A stretch of 64,000 bases of DNA from Pseudomonadota bacterium (lineage in GTDB: Bacteria; Pseudomonadota; Alphaproteobacteria; Caulobacterales; Parvularculaceae). Of this stretch, positions 1 to 10,868 are shown piece after piece. The stretch spans positions 50 to 64,049 of the forward strand of contig JBCDAD010000002.1 in NCBI GenBank assembly GCA_039186325.1, in the 5' to 3' direction. Positions within the stretch are counted from its first letter, which is position 1; every line of letters starts with the position of its first letter. A program made the translations under genes and the position numbers. The notes under the pieces were generated by a model. It did not search any database. It was not told the origin of the DNA and saw nothing but the letters and a program-made list of their open reading frames with translations.

Positions 1-964
1 TCCACGTCGCAACCGGCGTTTCGGCGAACAGCGCCGCCAGTTTTTGTAAGGCGTCGTCCTCACGGAAAATGATTTCTGTTTCACCGCCAAGGCCGGCCGT
101 CTCCAGGATGACAGACCAGGGGGCGCCTGGCGCATAACTCTCTAAGTCTGCGACGTTTTTGAGGTTATACGTAAGATCGCGGTTTCGGCGTTTTGCCGGC
201 GCCCAGTGAATCTCCGCTATCGCGGTTTCGAGATCAAATATCGTATCAGCTTTTTCCGCCGCGCCTTCGTCGCCGGCCAGCGTCAATATCTCTGCAATAT
301 AATCTTTGTACTGCGTGCGTTTGTCGGCGAATTTTTCCTCCAGGTAATAGTCGCGGTTTGGCAAACCGAGACCCGACTGTGTCACATAAGCAATATATCG
401 GTCCGTATTTTTTGAATCGATATCGACCCAGGCGCCGATAAAGGATTGCAGACCAAGGTCCGGCGTCGCCATAAGGCGCGCAACATCCTCATGGGTCTGG
501 AGGGCGTCAATCGCGCTAAGGTCCGCCTCAATGGGGCTTAGTCCTGCCGCATTGATCGCGTCCACGTCCAAAAAGCTTGCGAAGAAATCGCCAATTTTTT
601 GTTCCACCGACCCCGGCGCGTTACTTCCATCGGCGGCCTGTTCGATGATCTCACGGACCTGTTCTTCGGAGCGTTCAAAAAGAACCGTAAACGAACCATA
701 ATTGGAAAACTCATCCGGGATTTCAAATGTATCCAGCCATTTTCCATTGACGTAGCGATAAAAATCATCGCCGGGCAAAACGCTTGGCTCCAGATCGCCG
801 AGTTCAATGCCCCACGCGCCAAGTTCCGGCGCCGTCATCGCGGCGGCGCTTTCGGCGGTTCTGGTTTCTGTTTCATGAGACCCGGCCGGTTCCGTTGATC
901 GTTCGCCGGAACACCCAGTCAATAACGCCGCCGCCGCTACGCTGGCGAAAAATCCTTTTTGCAC
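1..964 (-). CDS. M13 family zinc metallopeptidase (PepO/neprilysin-like), lipoprotein; 3' part runs off the window
   Basis: Not in the ORF track; translated by hand. GTG at 964 follows an AAAGGAG RBS. Reads MQKGFFASVAAAALLTGC (lipobox) ... VLPGDDFYRYVNGKWLDTFEIPDEFSNYGSF, the typical M13 N-terminal P.DDFY.YVNG.W signature. Confidence 0.85.
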   Translation of the reverse strand, partial: MQKGFFASVAAAALLTGCSGERSTEPAGSHETETRTAESAAAMTAPELGAWGIELGDLEPSVLPGDDFYRYVNGKWLDTFEIPDEFSNYGSFTVLFERSEEQVREIIEQAADGSNAPGSVEQKIGDFFASFLDVDAINAAGLSPIEADLSAIDALQTHEDVARLMATPDLGLQSFIGAWVDIDSKNTDRYIAYVTQSGLGLPNRDYYLEEKFADKRTQYKDYIAEILTLAGDEGAAEKADTIFDLETAIAEIHWAPAKRRNRDLTYNLKNVADLESYAPGAPWSVILETAGLGGETEIIFREDDALQKLAALFAETPVATW

Positions 965-1207
965 GGTTACGCTCTCCTTTTGTACCAATCTGGGCGACAG
1001 CCCTCTTATTAACCCTTCGGGCTGGTTGTAGGTTTGTCTGCGAGTTGGGGCAAGCGGCGGTCGGTGCTGGCGCGGTGATAACTAACCATCTGAAAAACAT
1101 ATCATATTTCCGTTTCTAATAGGCGCCAGTCGAAGTGCGCATCCGTCACGCACGGGATTTGCATCATTGATCGCAACGTAAATCCTTCTGCGAAATTTTG
1201 ATTGATC

Positions 1208-2608
1208 ATGTTTAATAGATTCAGGTCCTCCAATAGCGGCAATGTCGCAATGATGTTCGGCGTACTTATCATTCCGATGCTGGCCGGCGCCGGAATCGGG
1301 ATCGACATGATGCGCGCATCTGAAATGCGGTCCGAGCTTGCGGAAGCAGCGGATTCTGGATTGCTCGCGGCTGTTCGCGCCAAACAACTGCAAAAGTCCC
1401 TGACGGACGCCAAGGCGCAGGAAATTGCGCGCCGATATTTTGACGCCAATGGCTCAGACTCAAGCGATGTCGTCATCACGGATTTTGCGTTCACGGAAGA
1501 TACTTTGCTGGAGGTCTACCGCCTGTCGATTTCCGGATCGATCAAAACAACTTTGATGGGCGCCGTCGGTCGCGATACTGTGCCGATTAATATTGTCTCC
1601 GAAGCCCAGATCACACCGCCGCGTGACCTGGAGGTCGCGCTCGTGCTCGACAATACGTATTCGATGGTCGGCAAAAAACTGGACGATTTAAAAGATGCAG
1701 CCGATGATCTGGTCGAATCGTTAATGCTGAGCGGTTCGGAAAATGTGAAAATCGGTCTTGTGCCGTTCTCCCAATATGTAAACGTCGGCCTGGGTAACCG
1801 TGACGAAGCCTGGATTGATGTGCCGGACGATTACACCACCGTTAAAAAGAACGTTTGCAGCAAAACCTATCCGAACAAGAAAAAGAGCAATTGCAAAACG
1901 ATTACGACCACATGCTCAAAAACGCGCGATGGCGTCACGACGACATGGACGTGCAAGAAAACAAAATGCGATGTCGATAAAGGTGATCCGGTTGTCGCCT
2001 GTAAGGACAAAACCAAAAAGTTTAAATGGCAGGGATGCGTTGGTTCGCGTGACGAGCCTTACAATGTCGAAGACGCGTTATACTCAACGTTTCCGGTCCC
2101 GGGCCTTTTGAATATTTCCTGTGCGCAGGAAATTGCGCCTCTGACGTCCAGCAAATCTGCGATTAAGTCAAAGATACAGGCTATGGCCGTCCAAGGGGAT
2201 CAAACCTATATCCCGGGTGGACTGACATGGGGTTACCGCGTCCTGTCCAATGCAGCGCCGTATAGCGAAGGCGTAACCTATGCGGAAATGAATGACCAAA
2301 ACTCGGTCAAAGCGCTCGTTTTAATGACGGACGGCGTCAATACGCGGTCGGCGAATTTTCCTTATCACAACAAAAAGTCCGGATCGGACGCAAACGATAC
2401 GTTGGAAGAGTTGTGCGACGAAATTAAGGGTAGCGGCATCCGCGTGTTTTCAATCGCTTTCGAAATCAGCGACAGCAAAGTGCGCGATCTTATCGAAGGG
2501 TGCGCCAGCGCGCCGGGAGACTATTTCAACGCGACCGACGGCGTTGCGCTTGCCCAGGCGTTCGAAGCAATCGGATTAAGCCTCACCGAATTGGCTCTGG
2601 TGAAGTAG
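1208..2608 (+). CDS. TadG-like pilin/pilus-tip protein with vWA domain, paralog 1 (Lys-rich Cys insert)
   Basis: N-terminal SG|NVAMMFG plus hydrophobic helix (Tad/Flp prepilin-like), AADSGLLAA, vWA motifs LVLDNTYSM and LMTDG. ORF track starts at TTG 1202; ATG at 1208. Confidence 0.8.
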   Translation: MFNRFRSSNSGNVAMMFGVLIIPMLAGAGIGIDMMRASEMRSELAEAADSGLLAAVRAKQLQKSLTDAKAQEIARRYFDANGSDSSDVVITDFAFTEDTLLEVYRLSISGSIKTTLMGAVGRDTVPINIVSEAQITPPRDLEVALVLDNTYSMVGKKLDDLKDAADDLVESLMLSGSENVKIGLVPFSQYVNVGLGNRDEAWIDVPDDYTTVKKNVCSKTYPNKKKSNCKTITTTCSKTRDGVTTTWTCKKTKCDVDKGDPVVACKDKTKKFKWQGCVGSRDEPYNVEDALYSTFPVPGLLNISCAQEIAPLTSSKSAIKSKIQAMAVQGDQTYIPGGLTWGYRVLSNAAPYSEGVTYAEMNDQNSVKALVLMTDGVNTRSANFPYHNKKSGSDANDTLEELCDEIKGSGIRVFSIAFEISDSKVRDLIEGCASAPGDYFNATDGVALAQAFEAIGLSLTELALVK

Positions 2609-2682
2609 ATCGTATCAAATCCCGATCTCAGATTTCTCAATTTGGGACAAGAGCGCAACATGCGGGGATTGCTCTTCGTCAA

Positions 2683-2697
2683 TTAAACAAATCTTAG
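2683..2697 (+). promoter_or_regulatory. CtrA-like box upstream of TadG paralog 2
   Basis: TTAA-acaaatc-TTAG, one mismatch to TTAA-N7-TTAA. Confidence 0.45.
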
Positions 2698-2754
2698 CCG
2701 CATCCCGATAAAAGTTTAAGGATTGGCAAATCTACCGGGGGCGGGAGAGGGCGA

Positions 2755-4161
2755 ATGCATCGGCGAGAGACGTCGCGAGGCGGAATTGTTGCAAATCAAA
2801 GCGGCAATGTCGCTATGATGTTCGGTTTGTTTATTATTCCAATGCTGGTTGGCGCAGGGATCGGAATCGATATGTTCCGTGCGCACCAACATCGTTCGTC
2901 TTTAACTGAGGCCGCGGACGCCGGACTGCTGGCGGCGGCGCGGGCGAGAACGATCGACGGCGATCTTACATTGGCCGCGGCGAAAGAAATCGCACGGCGA
3001 TATTTTGACGCCAATGGCGGCGCGGCGGCGGGCGTATCGATTGATGATTTTCAATTCTATATTGATGACGCCACCAATACCTATCGACTGGCGATTGACG
3101 GGTCCGTCGAGACGACGTTGCTGAAGATCACCGGCCGCGACAGCATGGCGCTGGATATCAATTCCGAAGCCAAGATCGCGCCGCCGCGGGCGCTTGAAGT
3201 TGTGATGGTCCTTGATAACACCTATTCGATGACCGGCGCGAAATTGGCGGATTTGAAAACGTCTGCAACGAATCTCGTCAATACACTGATGACAGATGGC
3301 GGAACGAATGTGAAAATAGGGCTCGTCCCCTTTTCGCAATATGTCAACGTCGGTGTTTCAAATCGTGATGAGCCATGGATCAGCGTGCCCGCGGATTATT
3401 CTGTGGTGAACGCAAACGTATGCCGGGATACTTATCCGGACAAAGTGACGTCGAATTGCGTTACAACTGACAATACATGTTATCGTGATGGCGTCGCCTA
3501 TACGTGCTCCAGCACTGATTGTGATGTGGATTGGGGCGACCCCGTGGAAGTCTGTGAAGACCAGACGGACACTTTCACGTTTCGCGGATGCGTAGGCTCG
3601 CGAAACGATCCGCTTGATGCGGAAGACGCCGATTATGCGACGGATCCGGTTCCAGGCCTGATGAATGCCTGGTGCACCCGTGAGATTACGCCGCTCACAG
3701 ACACGAAGGCAACAATTCTGAACGAGATCAATGCGATGTCCGTGCAAGGATCGCACACCTATGTGCCGACAGGTTTGCTTTGGGGGTACAGGACGATTTC
3801 AAGCATTGCGCCATATGCTGACGGTATGGACTACGCGACCATGAATGACGATGGCGGTGTAAAAGCGTTGATCCTGATGACCGATGGGGAGAATACGCGC
3901 TCGGCGTCCTATCCGCAGCACAATGGCGGTTCGTCGTCGGTCGCGAATGACAAATTGTTGGACATCTGCAGCGAAGTGAAATCCGGCGGCATTCAACTCT
4001 TCACAATATCATTCGATGTGACAGACACTGACCTGCAAACACTGATGCTGGACTGCGCATCGTCAGCGGGCCACAATTTCAATGCGTCGGACGGCGCGCA
4101 ATTAAGCGCTGCCTTTGGAGCGATCGGTTCCAGCCTTTACGAATTGGCGCTGACGAAATAA
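2755..4161 (+). CDS. TadG-like pilin/pilus-tip protein with vWA domain, paralog 2 (acidic Cys insert)
   Basis: SG|NVAMMFG, MVLDNTYSM, GLVPFSQYVNVG and LMTDGENT; collinear with the upstream paralog. Confidence 0.8.
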   Translation: MHRRETSRGGIVANQSGNVAMMFGLFIIPMLVGAGIGIDMFRAHQHRSSLTEAADAGLLAAARARTIDGDLTLAAAKEIARRYFDANGGAAAGVSIDDFQFYIDDATNTYRLAIDGSVETTLLKITGRDSMALDINSEAKIAPPRALEVVMVLDNTYSMTGAKLADLKTSATNLVNTLMTDGGTNVKIGLVPFSQYVNVGVSNRDEPWISVPADYSVVNANVCRDTYPDKVTSNCVTTDNTCYRDGVAYTCSSTDCDVDWGDPVEVCEDQTDTFTFRGCVGSRNDPLDAEDADYATDPVPGLMNAWCTREITPLTDTKATILNEINAMSVQGSHTYVPTGLLWGYRTISSIAPYADGMDYATMNDDGGVKALILMTDGENTRSASYPQHNGGSSSVANDKLLDICSEVKSGGIQLFTISFDVTDTDLQTLMLDCASSAGHNFNASDGAQLSAAFGAIGSSLYELALTK

Positions 4162-4227
4162 GCGCACAACAGTTGAAGGTCCCGCGCAATTACGCCATCC
4201 TCTTGCCGTTTTCTGGAGGATTAGCGG

Positions 4228-4755
4228 ATGGATTTAAGCGCGGCGATACGGACGATTCCCGATTATCCAAAGCCCGGTGTCATGTTTCGCGACATCACCA
4301 CGCTTTTGACAGATGCACGGGCGTTCCGTCGGTCCATTGATGAGTTGGTTCAGCCTTTGGCCGGCGCCAAAATTGACAAGGTGGCAGGCATTGAGGCGCG
4401 GGGATTTATTCTTGGCGGCGCCATCGCCCATCAACTCAGCGTCGGCTTTATCCCGATCCGCAAGAAAGGAAAGCTGCCGCACGAGACGATCGGTGAGACC
4501 TACGAACTGGAATATGGCGTCGATGAAGTTGAGATACATGTTGACGCAATTGAAGCGAACGAAAAGATCCTCCTCGTGGACGACCTTATCGCGACCGGCG
4601 GGACGGCGATGGCGGCGGCGCGGCTTATCGAGCGCGCGGGCGGTGAAATCGCGTTATGCTCTTTTATCATTGACTTGCCGGATTTGGGCGGGGCTGAGAA
4701 ATTACGCAGCGCCGGGTATTCAGTCGTTTCGTTGATGGCGTTCCCGGGCCACTGA
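4228..4755 (+). CDS. apt: Adenine phosphoribosyltransferase
   Basis: [34 protein letters not shown] motif [12 protein letters not shown]; GGAGGA RBS. Confidence 0.97.
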   Translation: MDLSAAIRTIPDYPKPGVMFRDITTLLTDARAFRRSIDELVQPLAGAKIDKVAGIEARGFILGGAIAHQLSVGFIPIRKKGKLPHETIGETYELEYGVDEVEIHVDAIEANEKILLVDDLIATGGTAMAAARLIERAGGEIALCSFIIDLPDLGGAEKLRSAGYSVVSLMAFPGH

Positions 4756-4791
4756 GAAAAAATCAATTGAGATCATCAGGTCGAGCCTCCC

Positions 4792-5361
4792 ATGCCAAAT
4801 AATCTCGCTGGCGCAGGCGATGTTTTTGAAAGTCGTATCGCGACCACTGAGGACATACCTGACATTGTTGCGTTGATGGGCCTTGCTATCGAGCAGAATA
4901 TGCGGGCGTTTTTGAGCCCTGCGGAAATCACTGCGGCGAAAGAAACAATGGGCGTCGACCAGACGCTGATCGATGATGGCACATATTTTCTGATCGAAAC
5001 CCGAGAGGGGGCCCGGCGAATTCTTGTTGGTTGCGGCGGTTGGGGAAAGCGGCGAACGCTCTATGGCGGCGACCATACGAAGGGGCGAGACGACGCATTG
5101 GCAGATCCAAAAACAGACGCAGCCCGAATCCGTGCGATGTATACCCATCCCGCATGGACCCGGCGCGGTATTGGATCTTTGTTGTTGGAATTAGGTGAGA
5201 ACGCCGCGCGCGAGGCCGGGTTTTCCACAATAGAGCTGGGCTCCACGGTTCCCGGTGAACCGCTTTATCAGGCTCGGGGATATGTGGAGTTCGACCGCGA
5301 AGCTCATATCGGCGCGAATGGCGAACAAAACATCGTCATCCATATGCGCAAGCGGTTATAA
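4792..5361 (+). CDS. GNAT family N-acetyltransferase
   Basis: RIRAMYTHPAWTRRGIGSLLL acetyl-CoA binding motif; PLYQARGY. Confidence 0.85.
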   Translation: MPNNLAGAGDVFESRIATTEDIPDIVALMGLAIEQNMRAFLSPAEITAAKETMGVDQTLIDDGTYFLIETREGARRILVGCGGWGKRRTLYGGDHTKGRDDALADPKTDAARIRAMYTHPAWTRRGIGSLLLELGENAAREAGFSTIELGSTVPGEPLYQARGYVEFDREAHIGANGEQNIVIHMRKRL

Positions 5362-5467
5362 TCACCCTTTTTGCTGCGCGGGCGTCTTGCGGATTTTGGC
5401 AGATTGCGCAGGGCGATAAAGCTCGCTACAGACAAGCGCTGTTCTTCAGGAAGGATGTTGGTTCGTC

Positions 5468-6400
5468 GTGGCCAATGACGAAAGCGCAATACGCGAAGTT
5501 GATCAGGAGCTTGCCGAAGAGCGCCAATGGGCGCTCTTCCGCAAAAATGGACCGATAGTCATTGGCGGCGCCGTCGCCATATTGGCCGTCGTAGCCGGCA
5601 CGCAGCTATGGAACGCCCGCCAGGCGGCGACTTCCGATCGCCAGGCGCTTGAATTTAAAAATGCGATCGAATTACTGGCGGAAGAACCGGATAACGGACG
5701 TTCGGCGCTGGACGCCATCGCCGAAGAAGGCGGGACGGGGTATGCGGCGCTGGCGCAGATGCAATCGGCCGCCGCTCTGGCGCGCAATGGCGATCGATTG
5801 AGCGCGATCGAAGCGTTTGCCGCTTTGTCGGAGGATCGCAACGCGCCGGAGCGCGTCCGAGAATTAGCGCGCTTGCGCGCGGGCTATTTGTCTCTGGCTG
5901 ATGGGCGCGCCGCTGTCCTGGATATCCTGGGCGGCTTGCCGGAAGAAAGTTCGGCAAACGGTTATTTTGCAAAAGAAATTGTTGCTTTATCTCAGCTTCA
6001 AGACAAAGAATTCGATGCAGCGATCGCGAGCTTTGACAGACTTGCTTCGGATATTGCCACTCCTGCAGGCGTGCGGGACCGTGCCGAGGAATTTGCGGTG
6101 CTTGCCGCCGCTGGAAAATCCGGTGTGAACATATTTGGCGAAGCGCGCGTAGACGACGTGTTGAACGCATTGGGTTCATCATCGGTCGGGGACGCCGATG
6201 AAGTTGGCTCGCCCGCGATCGAATCATCGGACGGCGGCGAAGCGCAAGGCGTCGAAGATCATACGGGACAGGATCATGACGGTGAAAACAATGCAGATGT
6301 CGAGGACCAAGTGTCGCCGCCATCTGACCTGACGGAAAATTCGGGGGCTGAAAGTGAAAGTGAAGAAGTGCGCCCCAATGAAAATTCTGCTGATCAATAA
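5468..6400 (+). CDS. YfgM-like TPR membrane protein (ancillary SecYEG subunit) with long acidic C-terminal tail
   Basis: IREVDQEL..E N-terminus, one TM helix, helical repeats; conserved position upstream of bamB and der. Confidence 0.8.
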   Translation: MANDESAIREVDQELAEERQWALFRKNGPIVIGGAVAILAVVAGTQLWNARQAATSDRQALEFKNAIELLAEEPDNGRSALDAIAEEGGTGYAALAQMQSAAALARNGDRLSAIEAFAALSEDRNAPERVRELARLRAGYLSLADGRAAVLDILGGLPEESSANGYFAKEIVALSQLQDKEFDAAIASFDRLASDIATPAGVRDRAEEFAVLAAAGKSGVNIFGEARVDDVLNALGSSSVGDADEVGSPAIESSDGGEAQGVEDHTGQDHDGENNADVEDQVSPPSDLTENSGAESESEEVRPNENSADQ

Positions 6401-6413
6401 AATTGAGTTGCCA

Positions 6414-7853
6414 ATGATGAATTTCCTCCAAACGCTCATTGTGCGGATGGCGATTGTTCTGGGGCTTGTGCTCCTGCCAGCTTGCGGGACAAATCCCGTA
6501 TCGGCTGTGACGGGCGTATTCTCCGGTGATGGAGATGAAGAGTCTGAAGATGAGGAAGAAAAAGACGACGATGACGATGAGGATGACAGCGATGAACGCA
6601 TTTCCATCCTCGCCCTTGACGGGGAGTTAATCGCTGATCCGCGCTTTGTCGGTGCAACGCTGGATTTGCCGCCCTCTTACGTGAACGAATCCTGGGTGCA
6701 GCCGGGGGGCGAGGCGGATCATACGCTTCACCATTTGAGTGCGCCGCTCACCATCGAAAAGCTCTGGAGCGTCGATGTCGGAAAAGCATCGGCCGCACGC
6801 GCGCGTTTAACCTCACCGCCAATTGCGGTCGGTGGTCAGGTTTTTGTATTGGATGCGGAAACAACGGTGACGTCCTATGACGCTGAGTCAGGCGAAGTCA
6901 CCTGGAAGCGGGAATTGGCGCCGGAGATTGATGAACGCTTTCGTGTTCGGGATATTTTCCGCGGACCAACGCCGTCCGAAATCGGTTTTGGAGGCGGCGT
7001 CGCATTCGATTCCGGACGAATATTTGTCACCTCTGGTTTCGGTTTTGTCGCCGCGCTTGATGCGGTCTCCGGTGAAGTGTTGTGGCAGCAGGAAATGAGC
7101 GCGCCGGTGCGCACGCCGCCAACCGCCTATCGTGGCCTCGTTCTCGCGACAACAATCACGAATGAATTCGTCGCATTGGAACAGGAAACCGGCGAGAAAG
7201 CATGGACCTTCCAGTCATTTGAAGAGACAGCGCGAATTCTCTCCTCTGCAAGCGCCGCCGCCGCCGGCGATCTTGTTGTTGCGCCGTTTTCGTCCGGCGA
7301 ACTCGTGGCTTTCCTGGCGGAAAGCGGACGTTCTGTCTGGTCAGAAACCCTGTCCCGCAACACCCAGCTGACCGCGCTTGCGTCGCTGAATGATATTGCC
7401 GGCAGTCCAGTGATTGATCGCGGGCTTGTTTATGTTGTGAGCCACGCCGGCAAGCTTGCTGCGATCGATATTCGCAGCGGACAGGTCGCATGGGATGCGC
7501 CGATCGCCAGTCTCCAGATGCCTTGGGTGGCGGGTGATTTTATCTTTGTTATTTCCGTTGATTCTGAACTTGTATGTTTGTCCCGCAGTGATGGCGCGAT
7601 CGTCTGGGTCGAACAACTGACGCGCTACGAAAATGAAAAGAAGAAAAAAGGCCGCATCACCTGGGCGGGTCCCGTGTTAGCGGGTGACCATCTAATCCTG
7701 GTGTCGAGTGATGGAGAACTCGCCAAAGTCTCCCCGCAAAACGGTTCCATTGTCGGCACGCACAAAATCGATAGTTCCGTCATCGGACCTGTTGTCGCAA
7801 ATGAGACCGTATACGTATTATCGGAAAACGGAAAATTGACAGCGTATCGCTGA
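6414..7853 (+). CDS. bamB: BamB-like PQQ-repeat beta-propeller lipoprotein
   Basis: Lipobox LPAC, repeated A.D..SG...W PQQ-type repeats, yfgM-bamB-der synteny; start inferred at ATG 6414. Confidence 0.8.
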   Translation: MMNFLQTLIVRMAIVLGLVLLPACGTNPVSAVTGVFSGDGDEESEDEEEKDDDDDEDDSDERISILALDGELIADPRFVGATLDLPPSYVNESWVQPGGEADHTLHHLSAPLTIEKLWSVDVGKASAARARLTSPPIAVGGQVFVLDAETTVTSYDAESGEVTWKRELAPEIDERFRVRDIFRGPTPSEIGFGGGVAFDSGRIFVTSGFGFVAALDAVSGEVLWQQEMSAPVRTPPTAYRGLVLATTITNEFVALEQETGEKAWTFQSFEETARILSSASAAAAGDLVVAPFSSGELVAFLAESGRSVWSETLSRNTQLTALASLNDIAGSPVIDRGLVYVVSHAGKLAAIDIRSGQVAWDAPIASLQMPWVAGDFIFVISVDSELVCLSRSDGAIVWVEQLTRYENEKKKKGRITWAGPVLAGDHLILVSSDGELAKVSPQNGSIVGTHKIDSSVIGPVVANETVYVLSENGKLTAYR

Positions 7854-7876
7854 TCAATGGCGAAAGAACAGTTTTT

Positions 7877-9247
7877 GTGAAGAAAGTCGCCCTGGTGGGT
7901 CGGCCCAATGTCGGGAAGTCGACCCTTTTCAATCGATTGGTCGGCAAACGTCTGGCGCTTGTCGACGACACGCCGGGCGTTACGCGAGATCGGCGCGAAG
8001 GCGAGGGACATCTTGGTGACCTGTCGTTTATCGCAATCGATACGCCAGGTCTTGAAACCGCGCCTCAACATTCCCTTGAAGGACGCATGCGCGAGCAAAC
8101 CGACCGGGCGATCGACGAGGCGGATGTGTGTCTGTTTATCATTGACGCACGGGCGGGCGTCACGCCTTTGGATGAGACATTCGCATCAATTCTGCGTGCG
8201 ACAGACAAACCGGTTATTTTGCTCGCCAACAAATCAGAAGGGCCGGCTGCTGAACCCGGTCTTTATGAGGCGTTTGGACTGGGGCTTGGCGATCCGCTGG
8301 CGATTTCAGCGGAACATGGTGTGGGGATGGCGGACCTATTTGGCGCGTTGGAGCCCCTCGTCACGCACCCTGACGATGTCGACGCGGATCAAGAGGTTGA
8401 ATGGGACGATCCCTTGAAGCCCTTGCGGGTCGCAATTGTCGGTCGGCCAAATGCCGGCAAATCGACGCTTGTTAATCAGATCATCGGTGAAGATCGCCTT
8501 CTGACCGGACCTGAAGCGGGCATTACTCGTGACGCGATTTCTGTTGAGTGGGAATGGGAAGGCGCAAACCGGAGCTGGCCCGTCAAGCTTTTTGATACGG
8601 CCGGTCTGCGCAAGAAAGCCAAGGTACAGGAAAAACTCGAAAAGCTTTCCGTGAGCGATGCTTTGCGCGCCATTCAATTCGCCGAAGTCGTAGTGCTTCT
8701 TCTTGATGCGCAAGCGCCATTTGAAAAACAGGATTTGCAGATCGCTGATCTGGCGCTGCGAGAGGGGCGCGCATTGGTTATCGCGGTCAACAAATGGGAT
8801 TTGATTGACGATAAAGACGACGCCATGGCGGCGCTGCGTGAACAGACGGCGCGTTTACTGCCGCAGGCGCCGGGCGTGCCATTGATCGCTTTATCGGCGA
8901 TGACCGGACGAGGTCTCAATCGACTAATGCCGGCCGTAACATCCGTATACGAAGACTGGAACGCTCGGGTCAAAACGCCGGATCTCAATGACTGGCTGAT
9001 TGAAGCGCAAAACCGGCATGCGCCGCCGGCTGTCTCAGGGCGACGCATCAAATTTCGATATATTGCGCAAACCAAAACCCGGCCCCCGACTTTTGTCGTG
9101 CAATGCAGCCGCGCCGACGCCGTGCCGGAAGCGTATCAACGGTATCTGGTGAACGGGATCAGGGATGCGTTTGGGATAAATGCGGTTCCGATACGCCTAA
9201 TCCTGAAAAAACGGGAAAATCCGTACGACAACAAATCGAAGCGCTAA
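7877..9247 (+). CDS. der: Ribosome biogenesis GTPase Der (EngA)
   Basis: Two GTPase domains ([16 protein letters not shown]; DTPG/DTAG; NKSE/NKWD) and a C-terminal KH-like domain. Confidence 0.97.
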   Translation: MKKVALVGRPNVGKSTLFNRLVGKRLALVDDTPGVTRDRREGEGHLGDLSFIAIDTPGLETAPQHSLEGRMREQTDRAIDEADVCLFIIDARAGVTPLDETFASILRATDKPVILLANKSEGPAAEPGLYEAFGLGLGDPLAISAEHGVGMADLFGALEPLVTHPDDVDADQEVEWDDPLKPLRVAIVGRPNAGKSTLVNQIIGEDRLLTGPEAGITRDAISVEWEWEGANRSWPVKLFDTAGLRKKAKVQEKLEKLSVSDALRAIQFAEVVVLLLDAQAPFEKQDLQIADLALREGRALVIAVNKWDLIDDKDDAMAALREQTARLLPQAPGVPLIALSAMTGRGLNRLMPAVTSVYEDWNARVKTPDLNDWLIEAQNRHAPPAVSGRRIKFRYIAQTKTRPPTFVVQCSRADAVPEAYQRYLVNGIRDAFGINAVPIRLILKKRENPYDNKSKR

Positions 9248-9990
9248 AGTTCACCGGCGGCGCGGCGATCTCTTGCGATCAGGCGCTCTGCAATCCCGTC
9301 ATAGTCTTCAGAAACGGCTTCGAGGATCAACGGAACAACGCTGCCTGCTGTCGGAAGGGTTTCAGGGTTTTCGCCCGGCATCGCTTCTGCACGCATGCCC
9401 GTCTGCATGGCGCCGGGATCAATGATCGCGACGCGTGCGGTCGCATTGCGCAACTCTTCCGCATAGGTCTGCGCCAGCATTTCAAGACCGGCTTTGGAAA
9501 CAGCGTAAGCCCCCCAAAACGCACGCGCTTTCGCGCCGCCAACACTGGACGTAACAAATGCAAGCCGCGCCGCGGCCGCATTGCGGATCAGCGGATCCAG
9601 ACTGCGAATTAAGCGCCAGTTGGCTGTGAGATTAATATCGAGCACGGCCTGCCAGATTTTTGGATCAATATCGGGAATTGGCGCCAGTTCGCCAAGAACG
9701 GCGGCATTGGCGACAATGATGTCCAAACGGTCAAAACGAGCGCCGAGCGCCGCGCCGAGCTGATCGACGCTTTCCGGTTCGGCAAGATCCAACGGAATAA
9801 GCGATGCCGTTCCGCCGGCCGCGCGAATGTCGTCGTCAAGTTCTTCAAGACCGCCGGTCGTGCGGGCCAAAGCCAATACGTGCGCGCCGGATTTGGCTAG
9901 GGCGAGAGCGGTTGCGCGTCCAAGTCCCCGCGATGCGCCGGTGACGAGAGCGATTTTGCCGCTTAACGGAAGGGCGTTATTATGTGGCAT
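9244..9990 (-). CDS. SDR family oxidoreductase (YciK-like)
   Basis: [24 protein letters not shown]. Confidence 0.9.
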   Translation of the reverse strand: MPHNNALPLSGKIALVTGASRGLGRATALALAKSGAHVLALARTTGGLEELDDDIRAAGGTASLIPLDLAEPESVDQLGAALGARFDRLDIIVANAAVLGELAPIPDIDPKIWQAVLDINLTANWRLIRSLDPLIRNAAAARLAFVTSSVGGAKARAFWGAYAVSKAGLEMLAQTYAEELRNATARVAIIDPGAMQTGMRAEAMPGENPETLPTAGSVVPLILEAVSEDYDGIAERLIARDRRAAGEL

Positions 9991-10043
9991 CGGCGGTCCC
10001 TATGGCATCGCCGACGCGCAAGCAAGCGTTCAATGCGCTTCAA

Positions 10044-10745
10044 CTAATATTGACGCATCAAGCCGACTAACTTGCCCTGCACGGCGACCCGGTCTGGTCC
10101 GTAAATGCGGGTTTCGAATGCGGGGTTAGCGGCTTCCAAAGCGACCGATGCGCCCTTCTTTCTGAGCCTTTTCAGTGTCGCTTCTTCATCATCAACCAAA
10201 GCCACCACAATATCACCGCTCGTGGCGTCGTCGCCGCGCTGGATAATGGCGTAATCGCCGTCGTGGATGCCGGCTTCGATCATCGATTCCCCTTGCACCT
10301 CCAAAATATAGTGGTCGCCATTCCCTAAAAATGCGCTAGGCGCCGCGAACCGATCCACCTCATGCTGGATCGCTTCGATCGGCGTGCCGGCAGCGATCCG
10401 GCCCAGGACGGGCAAGTCGATGAGATTGTGTTCCGCTGCCGATGTTTCGCGTCTGCTCGCCCGGGTGAAATGTCCTTCCACAACTTTTGGATCAAAATTG
10501 CGTTCGCTCGGCCGTGCGTTAGCGCTTGAATCATCTGGCAAGCGCAGAACCTCCAGGGCGCGCGCCCGATGCGGCAATCGTCTGATAAATCCTCGCTCTT
10601 CAAGAGCAGTGATCAGGCGATGAATACCGGACTTTGACCGTAGCTCCAGCGCTTGCTTCATCTCGTCAAAGGACGGCGAGACGCCGGTTTCCGATATCCG
10701 GTCATTAATAAAGATCAGCAGATCGTGCTGCTTCTTCGTCAGCAT
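10044..10745 (-). CDS. lexA: SOS repressor LexA
   Basis: [27 protein letters not shown] cleavage site, GESM Ser, TLKR Lys. Confidence 0.97.
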   Translation of the reverse strand: MLTKKQHDLLIFINDRISETGVSPSFDEMKQALELRSKSGIHRLITALEERGFIRRLPHRARALEVLRLPDDSSANARPSERNFDPKVVEGHFTRASRRETSAAEHNLIDLPVLGRIAAGTPIEAIQHEVDRFAAPSAFLGNGDHYILEVQGESMIEAGIHDGDYAIIQRGDDATSGDIVVALVDDEEATLKRLRKKGASVALEAANPAFETRIYGPDRVAVQGKLVGLMRQY

Positions 10746-10843
10746 AGTCGCCTCCGTTCTCTCCGGCGATGTGTCCTTGGCCGGACTAACAGCGCCTCAA
10801 ATCGGACCCTTGCAGAGAATCAGCAGGGGAACAAAACGACAAC

Positions 10844-10858
10844 GTTCTATTGATGTTC
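10844..10858. promoter_or_regulatory. Alphaproteobacterial SOS (LexA) box
   Basis: GTTC-tattgat-GTTC, an exact GTTC-N7-GTTC about 100 bp upstream of lexA; an imperfect GAAC-N7-CAAC lies directly adjacent at 10829-10843. Confidence 0.85.
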
Positions 10859-10868
10859 TATTTGTGCG

